From assembly GCA_035486715.1 (NCBI GenBank), contig DATHMV010000033.1, positions 58,001 through 122,000 of the forward strand: 64,000 nucleotides of DNA. Reading direction: 5' to 3'. The notes under the pieces were generated by a model. That model saw only the letters and a program-made list of their open reading frames with translations. It was not told the DNA's origin and ran no database searches. Source of the DNA: Candidatus Aquilonibacter sp. (GTDB lineage: Bacteria > Acidobacteriota > Terriglobia > Terriglobales > Acidobacteriaceae). A program made the translations under genes and the position numbers. Positions 44,720 to 54,004 of this stretch are shown here, one piece after another (within the stretch, counting starts at the first letter, position 1; every line of letters begins with the position of its first letter).

Positions 44720-45991
44720 TCATGAGCTCGTGTTGCGATTCGTCCACTGTTCGTAGTTCGAACGGAACAAGCGTTCCACGTCGCGCTGAATCTCGCGCCG
44801 TGAGACAGCGCGTCCATCGCGAAGAAGCAATCGGTAGGACTCCGCGAGTATAGGCGCAAGCGTCGCCCGCGTGTTCCGCCACTTGTAAATCACCTGCTCA
44901 AGAACGCGGGCATCCGAATGTTGCGGAATAAAACTCGTTCCTAGCAGCTCGATGCGTTCGCGCGTGATTTCCTCCACAATCGAAGGATTGTTCAGAAACC
45001 ACCAGCATCCAAAGGGCATAAGATTGTTGAATTTTCGAGCGTAGACGCATAATTCATGCTGGTTCTCGCGGCTCAGAACGCTCACCAGAAACCGGTTTTC
45101 TGGATAGTCCCGGCATAAATTTTCTAACGCCCGCAAATCCGCTCTGCCCACGCCATCGCCAGCCAGCCGAAGCCGGGGATTAACCAGACGGCGCACGCCG
45201 ATCATCAAAGATAACGGAATGTCGAACTCGCGGCACGCGGGCAGCACCGCGTCGCGCAGTAGTTTTCCCCGCGGCGTATCATCTGGAAATTGGAACGTAT
45301 CAGGCAGAGAAACGGCCATATACACGGGACGCATACGCGCATACCAGTCAGCCAGAAATCTGCGAAGCTCCGCAATCGATGAACCTGACGCCTGAGCATC
45401 AACCTTGTAACCGAGACAAGACAGCAACTCCCAAGGCTCAGACCACTCACGCAAAATCCGGTCCAGACGCAGAACGGGCTGGAACTGCGGGTCGTTCTCG
45501 ACGCCATTCATCCACACAGGAAATTCTCCCGGATCGAGAGGATCATTGGTCATCACAACCGTGCTCACTCCCGCCATCTCGAAAACTTTTCGGATATGTG
45601 AATCGACACTTTGATTTCTGAAAAAAGATCGCGCCTCGGCCAAATCGCCACTCTCGGTCGGCAAGTCAAATGCCTTTAAAACTGCAATCGCCCCGCGTGT
45701 AGCTTCCGAGATGGGAGTATTTTCAATGAACAGTGCACGCCAAATTGCGTCGGCACGGTCCTGTTTCGCAAGAGACCAATAATGCTCCGGCGTCATACTC
45801 GAGGAGCGAAAGAATTCTGCTTCCAGATAATGGTAGGTGATCAGTTCGTCGATGCCCCATAATCCCAGCTTGCCAAGCGCAGGCGCGAAAAGATGAGTAT
45901 GCATGTCAACGACCGGGGTCGATGCCAGCACATCTTCTACCACGGGAAGGATCTGATCTTTAGTTAACAGATCTGCCGATTGACTGGTCAT
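44720..45991 (-). CDS. amidohydrolase-superfamily protein, uronate-isomerase-like (short Bh0493-type rather than classical UxaC)
   Basis: PVVDMHTHLF metal motif near the N-terminus. 423 aa. Divergent from uxaA. It lacks the classical UxaC DHYKWR-type motifs, so the assignment rests on size, fold motif and context. Confidence 0.5.
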   Translation of the reverse strand: MTSQSADLLTKDQILPVVEDVLASTPVVDMHTHLFAPALGKLGLWGIDELITYHYLEAEFFRSSSMTPEHYWSLAKQDRADAIWRALFIENTPISEATRGAIAVLKAFDLPTESGDLAEARSFFRNQSVDSHIRKVFEMAGVSTVVMTNDPLDPGEFPVWMNGVENDPQFQPVLRLDRILREWSEPWELLSCLGYKVDAQASGSSIAELRRFLADWYARMRPVYMAVSLPDTFQFPDDTPRGKLLRDAVLPACREFDIPLSLMIGVRRLVNPRLRLAGDGVGRADLRALENLCRDYPENRFLVSVLSRENQHELCVYARKFNNLMPFGCWWFLNNPSIVEEITRERIELLGTSFIPQHSDARVLEQVIYKWRNTRATLAPILAESYRLLLRDGRAVSRREIQRDVERLFRSNYEQWTNRNTSS

Positions 45992-46140
45992 AGAAAATTA
46001 AGCTTTATGCGCGAAACGAAAAATGAGTCTATACGATACGACATCCATGCTGCGCATCGAAACTTCTAAACGAAATTCATTACTATTAAGACCATGATTT
46101 CCCGGAGCAGCGCGAGCATCTGCGTCCGGGCAAATTTCCA

Positions 46141-47790
46141 ATGCAGAATACGGTGTTACAACTCGATCCCGCAGACAATGTATTAATTGCCCTTCGTGAT
46201 CTCCACAAGGGAGAGCGGCTCGTTTTTTCCGGCCGCGACTACACCCTCGTTACAGATGTCCCCGCTAAACATAAGTTTGCGATGAACGATGTTGCCCGCG
46301 AAGGCAACGTCGTCATGTACGGCGTCCTGGTCGGCAAGGCACGAGAGGTAATTCTCTCAGGGGAAGTCTTAACCGCACGAAATGTCCGCCACGATTTTTC
46401 GCCTTTCCACGAAAGCTCGCGCCAATACACATGGAGAACACCGGACGTAAGCCGCTGGGCGCAGCGGACATTCCTCGGTTACCACCGCTCCGATGGGCAA
46501 GTTGGCACGCGAAACCACTGGCTCGTCGTTCCGCTGGTTTTCTGCGAAAACAGAAATATCAATGTATTGAAAGAAGCTTTTGAGGAAGAACTGGGCTTCG
46601 CTCCCTCAAAGATTTACCGTCAACAAGTCGCTGAACTCGTGAGATCTTACCGAAAAGGCGGTGCTAAAAATGTTGACGCATATTCCGGAAGGAAAGATGT
46701 TGCCGCACCCGCGCGTTCGAGAGTTTTTAAAAATATTGACGGTATCAAGTTCCTCGCTCATCACGGCGGCTGCGGCGGAACGCGCGAAGATTCGAACAAT
46801 CTCTGTGCGTTGCTGGCAGGTTATATCCACCACCCAAACGTGGCCGGCGCAACCGTTCTCAGCCTCGGTTGCCAAAACTCGCAGATCAGTATTTTGCAGG
46901 AGCAAATTCGGCAACGGGATACAGGCTTTCGCAAACCGCTGCTGATCTTCGAGCAGCAACAGAGCGCCTCAGAATTCGAGATGATGTCGGAAGCCATCCA
47001 AGCCACCTTTCTGAGTATGGTCAAAGCCAATGAGTGCCAACGCACGCCTGCGTCACTTTCCCAACTATGCGTAGGTTTGAAGTGTGGAGGATCCGATGGC
47101 TTCTCGGGCATCTCCGCAAATCCCAGCATTGGCCATGTCTCCGATCTTCTAGCGGCGTTGGGCGGAAGAATGATTCTCTCGGAGTTTCCCGAACTCTGCG
47201 GAGTAGAGCAGCTACTGATCGATCGCTGCACAAATAAAGATGCCGCCGACCGGTTCATGCAGCTAATGCAGGATTACGCAGCCCGCGCCAAAGCCGTCCG
47301 CTCCGGTTTCGAAATGAACCCTTCGCCCGGAAACATCCGCGATGGGCTTATTACCGACGCGATGAAGTCGGCGGGAGCGGCGCGAAAGGGAGGGACATCA
47401 CCGGTCACGGCCGTGCTCGATTATCCGGAGTACTGTGTGCAGCCCGGACTCAATCTACAATGCACCCCCGGCAATGACGTTGAATGTGTCACCGCGCAGG
47501 TGGGTGCGGGTGCCAACATTGTCTTGTTCACGACAGGTTTGGGCACGCCAACCGGCAATCCCGTTGCCCCAGTGGTTAAGATTTCGACAAATTCCGAACT
47601 CGCCCGAAGGATGCAGGACATCATCGACATCGATGCCGGACCAGTCGTTTCTGGCGGGAAGGCAATTGAGCAAATGGGCGAGACGATCCTCGAACACGTG
47701 ATTCAAGTCGCAAGTGGCGAGGTCCATACCAAGGCGGAATTACTGAATCAGGACGATTTCATCCCGTGGAAAAGAGGAGTTTCGCTTTGA
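46141..47790 (+). CDS. uxaA: altronate dehydratase (UxaA family, SAF N-domain)
   Basis: LDPADNVLIALRDLHKGE (SAF), HHGGCGG, LKCGGSDGFSGISANP, FTTGLGTPTGNP. Confidence 0.9.
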   Translation: MQNTVLQLDPADNVLIALRDLHKGERLVFSGRDYTLVTDVPAKHKFAMNDVAREGNVVMYGVLVGKAREVILSGEVLTARNVRHDFSPFHESSRQYTWRTPDVSRWAQRTFLGYHRSDGQVGTRNHWLVVPLVFCENRNINVLKEAFEEELGFAPSKIYRQQVAELVRSYRKGGAKNVDAYSGRKDVAAPARSRVFKNIDGIKFLAHHGGCGGTREDSNNLCALLAGYIHHPNVAGATVLSLGCQNSQISILQEQIRQRDTGFRKPLLIFEQQQSASEFEMMSEAIQATFLSMVKANECQRTPASLSQLCVGLKCGGSDGFSGISANPSIGHVSDLLAALGGRMILSEFPELCGVEQLLIDRCTNKDAADRFMQLMQDYAARAKAVRSGFEMNPSPGNIRDGLITDAMKSAGAARKGGTSPVTAVLDYPEYCVQPGLNLQCTPGNDVECVTAQVGAGANIVLFTTGLGTPTGNPVAPVVKISTNSELARRMQDIIDIDAGPVVSGGKAIEQMGETILEHVIQVASGEVHTKAELLNQDDFIPWKRGVSL

Positions 47791-47938
47791 TGATGTCGAA
47801 TGTTTTCTGCCCAGGTACCAGGGTACTCTGCTTCCACAACTATCTTGCGAAAGCGGGGTTTGCAATTACGGGCGTCCGGAAACCATAAGGGAATCTCGGC
47901 CACAAATAAAATCCCGGCGCGGAACAAAGGAGGCTGCA

Positions 47939-48568
47939 ATGCCACTCAATTGTTCAAGGCTGGCCCTGGTTTTAGCGCTCTTTCTCGCCATTATGGCCAG
48001 CCTAGCGGTGCGCGCGCAGACCGATGTTGCTCTAAACCTGTATGGCACGTTCAATAGCACAACCAATTACAACATCGGCCTCGAACACCAGACCGCAGCG
48101 AACGCCGCGGGAGGACTGTTCGAACTCCGCCACATCAGCAATCCGTTCGTCGGCTACGAAGCCACCTACTCCTTCAACCGCGCCAACCAGGAGTACACCT
48201 ATATCGGTCCGACCCCGTTAGGATCCGGGCCTGGCCGCAATCTTGCCGCCGTCTCGGCCAATGCACACGAAATCACTGGCGACTGGGTGGTCTCGTTCCC
48301 TGCGGGAAAGCTGAGGCCATTCGCGCTGGTAGGCATCGGTCTCCTGCTAACCGAACCCGTGAGCGGGGAGAGCTTAACCACAAAATCAAACGAGCCGGTC
48401 TATGTCTACGGCGCCGGACTCGACTGGAAACTCGTTCCACACCTCGGCTTGCGTTTCCAGTACCGCGGCAATGTTTACAAAGCTCCTAACATCACCGCGG
48501 TTTACGGCTCCAACGGTAGCTTCACGCACACAGCGGAGCCGATGATCGGCGTTTACTTCAAATTCTGA
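47939..48568 (+). CDS. small outer-membrane beta-barrel protein
   Basis: Signal peptide (LALVLALFLAIMASLAVRAQ). Alternating beta pattern. C-terminal GVYFKF. Confidence 0.7.
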   Translation: MPLNCSRLALVLALFLAIMASLAVRAQTDVALNLYGTFNSTTNYNIGLEHQTAANAAGGLFELRHISNPFVGYEATYSFNRANQEYTYIGPTPLGSGPGRNLAAVSANAHEITGDWVVSFPAGKLRPFALVGIGLLLTEPVSGESLTTKSNEPVYVYGAGLDWKLVPHLGLRFQYRGNVYKAPNITAVYGSNGSFTHTAEPMIGVYFKF

Positions 48569-48574
48569 GAAGTT

Positions 48575-51500
48575 TTATGGCAGTTTGACTCGAGCTTCTG
48601 GCAACAAGCGCACAGGACCTATCAATCCTGATGGCATGAAAAACGTTCGTCGTTGAAACATCACAAAGTGGGTGTCCCCGGCCATGCCATCGCCTACGAG
48701 CCGATTGCGGAGCGTATTGACCACTACGACTTCGAAATGGTTGGCGCCTTCTTTTAAGTATGGAGCAACATCCAAACGATACGGACGCATGAGCAGGGAG
48801 TTGATTTTCTTGCCGTTGATCCATACCTCAGCCACATCATGCACTTCTCCCAGATCCAGTTCGAGCGCAAGGCCGGGCCGCAGATAAGGCTCGGCGATCT
48901 CGACATCGAGGCTGTAATGCCCGTGCCCGGAGAAATAGCGCAAGTTTTGCGAAAGGCTCCAATCTTGCAAAGGCGCGCCATGAATCTGCTCAGTCCATTC
49001 CTTTCCGTCCTTATCGTTTCCCACCAGTTTGAGATCCCAGTTCGGCCCAAGGGTTAAAGCCAGCGGAATATCTTTTGACGAAACGACAGAATCAGCACCT
49101 TTTCCGTTGCTGAATTCAGTGTGATAGCTCCCCGCTTCGCTGGCGATTCCAAACAACCCGTCCGAAGTTCGCTCAACCCTCGAGAAGTTGGTATGCACCA
49201 CATACTTTTCCTGTGGGGATTTCGCCAAAGCGATTAACTCGGACCCAAACGGATTGAGATGGATATTAAGGGTGACATTGCCATTTTCCGAACGATAGAC
49301 CGGCGCTTCAACCACTTCTCCTGTCCACGGATTCCAAATCTGCGGAATGCGTGCTCCCGCAGCTAACGTAACGCGTGCGTCTTGGGCCGCTGCATCGGGA
49401 TTCCGGAAGAAAAAGAAACTCGTCGACCCAATATCAAACTGATGAAAAAAAATGTTCGGTTGCGGAGTAGCAAAACGCACGTTGGGGTCGACTTTCAATT
49501 CAGTCAGCAGCACGCCTGGAACCGCGCTCGCATCCTCCACAAAGCGAACACGCGCATTCTGTCCCGCTGTTGCAGTTTTGGAAGCTGCCTTCGCTTGATT
49601 CCCAACCATATCCTGCATAATCTGCTGAATGCGCTGTCCGTTCTCGCGATAATTCTTAAACGAAACTTCTTCAGAAGGCATGTGCTCGGCAAATACCATG
49701 GGCAATCCCTCATGAGCAAACTCCTTGAGCTTCTCCGCCAATTGCAAGGGGATCCGAGTCTCATTGCGCAACACTAACGAGGGATAAACATTGCCGGGAG
49801 TGTGGAGTTCGTGATTTTCAACTGTGGCATGGTGCAACAACGTATCTTCGTTAATAAAGTCAAAGTTATAGCCGTTCGCCATCAGCGAATATTCGAGCGG
49901 ATAATCCTCATCCGTCGGCAGCCAGCTGGGGTAATAGAGCCGGTGCGAATACAGGGCCACGCGGGCTACGCTACGTCCCGATTGCGAAAGCGTCTGCACG
50001 CGAGCCATGTAGTCATTGAGTGGTTTGAAGTAAGGCCAAAACGGATTATGAAAATTCAAATGCGAGGAAAAAGTGTAGACAAGCTCGTACTGCGACGAAA
50101 ACGGAAACCAGCCGGGATCGGGGCGGTCCATGTATTCGTAGGGAAAGCCATGATAGACAACCCGATTGATGCCGGCTGAGAACAGCTGGTCGGCCGTGAC
50201 CTTCATCAATTCCGGCGTGGTTTCGTAGGGATGGTCCCGCCATACAAACGACTCGCTGGAGATGGCATTCCTGCCAAACAAATGTCCGCCGGAAGAAGCC
50301 AGCTTCAGAAAGTCATAACGCCCGTCGGCATAGAGCACTTCCGTTTCGGGGAAATCCGCCTGCCCGTAAATTTTCAGAAGGTCGGCAGGCGCTCCGTGCG
50401 CCTGAATTCGCACCTTGAGATGATTGCTATGCGCCCAATCGACAAGCGGTTGATAAAAGTTTTCGATCATCAAATCAGAGACCGTCAGCCAATAGTCGTG
50501 CCGTACCCGCTCTCCAATTTCCGGAGCGTCGAAAAAGGGAAGCGATGGATATTCTTCGCCGGGATCGCTCTCGCCGGGATGTTTTATCAAGGGCAGATAC
50601 GGCGTGAGGTCATAGCCGCGGCGCTTTTGAAATTCCTCCAGGAAATCGTCGGTCCAGTACATGCTCTCAGCCGTGACTTCCAGGCTATCGCAAAAAATCG
50701 CCCGTAGAGATTTGCCAAAGTCGTCGCCGAAGTATTTCTTTCCCTCTTCTCCCACGGCTTCGATCTGCCGATCCAGAGCCTTTCGTTTCAAATGGTCGAG
50801 CACCCATTGGGTGCCAACTCCCGCTCCGCCTTCCACATTTTGCAGAGTTGGAGCTTGAATAAAGCTGAACAGCAGCCATTTCCCATCCGGCACTTTCCAG
50901 TTCAGATGATCCGTTTCGGTAATCTGCGGCGTAAGCACGATCGCGGAGGCCACATCGACCGTTCCCGACGAAGTCACAGCGTCCAGGGGTACCGAATCCG
51001 AAAACTCTTGCAGCTTTCGTTTTCCGAATGAAGGTAAAGACCCCGGCACCGCAACCACAGCCACCAGTTTTTCCCCAGCCACAACCGGAGCGCTAGGGAA
51101 ACGGCCCGAGTAAGTAGTAGGGCCAGTAAGAGCGGTTTGATGCACGATCAATTTCTGCGAGGAAAGTTGCAAAGGGATGTAGGGACCACCGAACGGCCAA
51201 CCCGAACCAAAGGTCAAATCCACGTCGAGTCCGAGCCTCCCCCCTTCTTCAATCGCAAATTTCACGTGACGGAACCACGCCGGCGTAAGAAAGCTGTCTA
51301 CACGGCGGGCCACTTCACCTGAAGGAGCCGGATTCAACCCATCTTTGAAAGACTGAATCTCCACTCCACCTAGGCCAGCGTCTCTAATAATTCGCAGTTC
51401 GCGAGCAATCTCTTCGTCAGTAACGTCCCCACCCGGCCACCACCACCGCACCATGGGGCGAGCCGACGCGGGAGGATTCTCGAAATCCGCCCGCAATTCA

Positions 51501-51622
51501 TTTCCCGTTTTTTCATGAATAGAAGCTGTCTGAATGGAAGAGGAAATCTGAGCAGAGGAGAACGAAGTGAGGCACGGCGCGCAAACCAGCAACGCCAGAA
51601 CGCTGCATTGGGTAAACCGCAT
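48575..51622 (-). CDS. large secreted glycoside hydrolase (GH106-like / 'GH2 sugar-binding' type; specificity unknown)
   Basis: Signal peptide. FENPPASARPMVRWWWPGGDVTDEEIARELRIIRDAGLGGVEIQSF N-terminal signature seen in rhamnosidase-like GH106 members as I recall. 1015 aa. Family assignment is tentative. Confidence 0.7.
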   Translation of the reverse strand: MRFTQCSVLALLVCAPCLTSFSSAQISSSIQTASIHEKTGNELRADFENPPASARPMVRWWWPGGDVTDEEIARELRIIRDAGLGGVEIQSFKDGLNPAPSGEVARRVDSFLTPAWFRHVKFAIEEGGRLGLDVDLTFGSGWPFGGPYIPLQLSSQKLIVHQTALTGPTTYSGRFPSAPVVAGEKLVAVVAVPGSLPSFGKRKLQEFSDSVPLDAVTSSGTVDVASAIVLTPQITETDHLNWKVPDGKWLLFSFIQAPTLQNVEGGAGVGTQWVLDHLKRKALDRQIEAVGEEGKKYFGDDFGKSLRAIFCDSLEVTAESMYWTDDFLEEFQKRRGYDLTPYLPLIKHPGESDPGEEYPSLPFFDAPEIGERVRHDYWLTVSDLMIENFYQPLVDWAHSNHLKVRIQAHGAPADLLKIYGQADFPETEVLYADGRYDFLKLASSGGHLFGRNAISSESFVWRDHPYETTPELMKVTADQLFSAGINRVVYHGFPYEYMDRPDPGWFPFSSQYELVYTFSSHLNFHNPFWPYFKPLNDYMARVQTLSQSGRSVARVALYSHRLYYPSWLPTDEDYPLEYSLMANGYNFDFINEDTLLHHATVENHELHTPGNVYPSLVLRNETRIPLQLAEKLKEFAHEGLPMVFAEHMPSEEVSFKNYRENGQRIQQIMQDMVGNQAKAASKTATAGQNARVRFVEDASAVPGVLLTELKVDPNVRFATPQPNIFFHQFDIGSTSFFFFRNPDAAAQDARVTLAAGARIPQIWNPWTGEVVEAPVYRSENGNVTLNIHLNPFGSELIALAKSPQEKYVVHTNFSRVERTSDGLFGIASEAGSYHTEFSNGKGADSVVSSKDIPLALTLGPNWDLKLVGNDKDGKEWTEQIHGAPLQDWSLSQNLRYFSGHGHYSLDVEIAEPYLRPGLALELDLGEVHDVAEVWINGKKINSLLMRPYRLDVAPYLKEGANHFEVVVVNTLRNRLVGDGMAGDTHFVMFQRRTFFMPSGLIGPVRLLPEARVKLP

Positions 51623-51641
51623 CTTTTTAAGGAGCCTTAAC

Positions 51642-51677
51642 TGTGATTTTAATCACACTCCATGTGAATTTATCACA
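51642..51677. promoter_or_regulatory. two tandem TGTGA...TCACA palindromes just upstream of the glycoside hydrolase gene
   Basis: TGTGATTTTAATCACA (51642-51657, perfect 7-bp arms) and TGTGAATTTATCACA (51663-51677, 5-bp arms). Centres are ~20.5 bp apart, 20-55 nt from the ATG at 51622. Confidence 0.5.
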
Positions 51678-52022
51678 GGTAGTTCCCGCCCATTTGCCCG
51701 CCATTATTGATGTGGTAAATGCGCAGTTTGAAAATTTGGCAATCTTATCCGCTCGGCGTCATCCCGAAATCCCGCGTTTTCACCAGCGGGACAAAGTATC
51801 TCCCTAAGCACACAGCCGTTTGATCAACAGTCCGTTACCCTTTATTTCGCTGATCCGAGCGCCCTTTCCTTCCTGCATGAATGGGGAGCACCCCAAGCCA
51901 GGAAATGCCAAAAGTCACCTCTCACTGCACAATACCTATCCGTCCCAAGCCTCACTTCCGGCTATAATGACAACTAAATAAGGGGCATTTTTACGAGACA
52001 CCTCTTTCCGAGCCAATCATTC

Positions 52023-53039
52023 GTGCGGCGACTGGCGCTGCTTACACTATTCGCCCTGCTTTCCAGCTTCGGCATTGCGCAAGCCGCAGCGCCCGCGCCA
52101 TCGCAACCGTCTTCCACTTCGCAATCTTCGCCGCCGCAACCGCCCGAGAATTCGGCGGCGCACAATCCCGGCGAGTCGGATTCCGACGCGGGCGACATTC
52201 CGAAGATTCGCGTGGGCATCAACGAAGTGAGCGTGGTGTTCACAGTGACCGACAGGCACGGCAAGCGCGTTACCGATCTCAAACAGAATGATTTCCGCGT
52301 GCTCGATGACAGCAAGCCAGCGGTGGAGATTCGCAGCTTCCACGCCGAAGCCAATCTGCCGTTGCAGGTGGGATTGCTCATCGATGCCAGCAGTTCGGTG
52401 CGCGATCGCTTCAAGTTCGAGCAGGAATCGGCAATTGAGTTTCTGAATCAAACCGTACGCAAGCGTTACGACCAAGCCTTCGTCGTTGGATTTGACGCCA
52501 CGCCCGAGGTAACGCAGGATTTCACCGACGATACGGAAAAACTGGGACGGGGAGTCCGCGCGTTGCGCCCCGGAGGCGGCACGGCCATGTACGACGCGCT
52601 TTATTATGCTTGCCGCGACAAGCTGCTGAAAGAGGCAGCCAGCGGCCCGAGCCGGCGGGCAATCATTCTGCTCAGCGACGGAGAAGACAACCAGAGCCAC
52701 GTTACGCGGGAAGAAGCCATCGAAATGGCGCAGCGCGCGGAAGCCATTGTTTACACGATTAGCACCAACGTGAGCGGAACCCACGGCCCTGGCGATAAAG
52801 TTTTGGAGCGGATTGCGGACGCGACCGGCGGTCGCGCGTTTTTCCCTTTCCAGATTCGCGACGTGGCGAACGCCTTTGCTGAAATCCAGGATGAACTGCG
52901 TAGCCAATATGCAGTTTCTTACAAGCCTGCCGACTTCAAGGCCGACGGCCACTTCCGCAGCATCGAGATTGTGGCTAATGATAAGAAGAATTTTCGTGTG
53001 CGCGCGCGTCGCGGATACTATGCTCCGGTTGCGCGATAA
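52023..53039 (+). CDS. VWA-domain protein (acidobacterial VWFA-related family)
   Basis: Signal peptide. VSVVFTVTDRHGKRVTDLKQNDFRVLDD. MIDAS-type LLIDASSS...GGTAMYDAL...LLSDGEDN. Confidence 0.85.
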   Translation: MRRLALLTLFALLSSFGIAQAAAPAPSQPSSTSQSSPPQPPENSAAHNPGESDSDAGDIPKIRVGINEVSVVFTVTDRHGKRVTDLKQNDFRVLDDSKPAVEIRSFHAEANLPLQVGLLIDASSSVRDRFKFEQESAIEFLNQTVRKRYDQAFVVGFDATPEVTQDFTDDTEKLGRGVRALRPGGGTAMYDALYYACRDKLLKEAASGPSRRAIILLSDGEDNQSHVTREEAIEMAQRAEAIVYTISTNVSGTHGPGDKVLERIADATGGRAFFPFQIRDVANAFAEIQDELRSQYAVSYKPADFKADGHFRSIEIVANDKKNFRVRARRGYYAPVAR

Positions 53040-53131
53040 AGTGGCGCGCTAAAAAGTAAAGATAAGCTCCCGGCTTTCGGCTTCTGGAATTTTATTCAAT
53101 TCGATCCATCGGGTTCTCGGGCAAACAAACG

Positions 53132-53545
53132 ATGCCGGGATATTCAGGAACACCACTTCCTAAAAAGTTGGGGATCAAACCGGGTCTTCGAGTACAGTTC
53201 TCGAACGCACCCGCCGACGTCCTTGAGCAAATGGCTGAAGCATTGGCCGCATGCAACATACAAAAGCAAGGTGCTGCACCAGATTTTGCCCTGCTGTTCA
53301 CCAAATCCCGCGCTGAATTGAAAAAAGAGTTTGCGAAAATGGCGAAGACGCTGGCCCCAGCCGGAATGCTATGGGTAAGCTGGCCGAAAAAAAGTTCTGG
53401 CGTGGAAACTGATCTGAATGACAACGTCGTACGCGAGATCGGTCTCGATGCGGGATTGGTGGATGTGAAGGTCTGCGCCGTGACGGAAATCTGGTCGGGC
53501 TTGAAATTCGTGCGCCGATTAAAAGATCGAAAGCCGCAAAAATAG
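53132..53545 (+). CDS. DUF3052-like small protein
   Basis: GYSGTPLPKKLGIKPG...LWVSWPKK...VCAVTEIWSGLKFV pattern. Confidence 0.65.
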   Translation: MPGYSGTPLPKKLGIKPGLRVQFSNAPADVLEQMAEALAACNIQKQGAAPDFALLFTKSRAELKKEFAKMAKTLAPAGMLWVSWPKKSSGVETDLNDNVVREIGLDAGLVDVKVCAVTEIWSGLKFVRRLKDRKPQK

Positions 53546-53684
53546 CAATCGCCGGCCGGCGCTTCTGCGGTCCTAAAACCGTGAGCACGCCGGACGGCGC
53601 ACTTGCGTTCGCCAGTGTTTACGTACAAGAGCTAGGCTGAGGTACGGAGCCGGTTAGCGTCCGCCGGTCAGCCAGGCTCAAAAC

Positions 53685-53846
53685 TCAGGCAGTCCTAGGG
53701 CCCATAATGAGGTGGGCGACAAAGGAAATGACCGCAAACAACAACAGAAGATGGATCAGTCCGCTGGCCACATGAAACATCAGAAAACCGCCGGCCCACA
53801 TAATGAGTAACAGTAAAGCAATGATGAGGAAAGGTCCGAATCGCAT
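53685..53846 (-). CDS. 53-aa two-TM membrane protein (lmo0937/DUF5670-like); below the ORF-track length cutoff
   Basis: Hand translation: MRFGPFLIIALLLLIMWAGGFLMFHVASGLIHLLLLFAVISFVAHLIMGPRTA. A perfect AGGAGG sits 5 nt upstream of the ATG. Confidence 0.65.
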   Translation of the reverse strand: MRFGPFLIIALLLLIMWAGGFLMFHVASGLIHLLLLFAVISFVAHLIMGPRTA

Positions 53847-54004
53847 TGCCGCCTCCTAAGCGTTTAAGCTTGAACCTGCCACGTGCAACTCCGGCAAATC
53901 ACTTTTCGTTTATAGGCTGCATGAGGAGATTCACCTATCGGCAGAAAGCTGTAAATCGCCAGTAAGGGTGCGGTATTTAGCTCAGGAAAATGAAGGAGAG
54001 ATTC

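Noticed and set aside
45992-46140. Repeated CGAAAC/AAACGAAA words in the uxaC-like/uxaA divergent region, considered as an operator.
   Set aside because: They are short, imperfect and have no clear dyad or regular spacing. That is insufficient to call a site.
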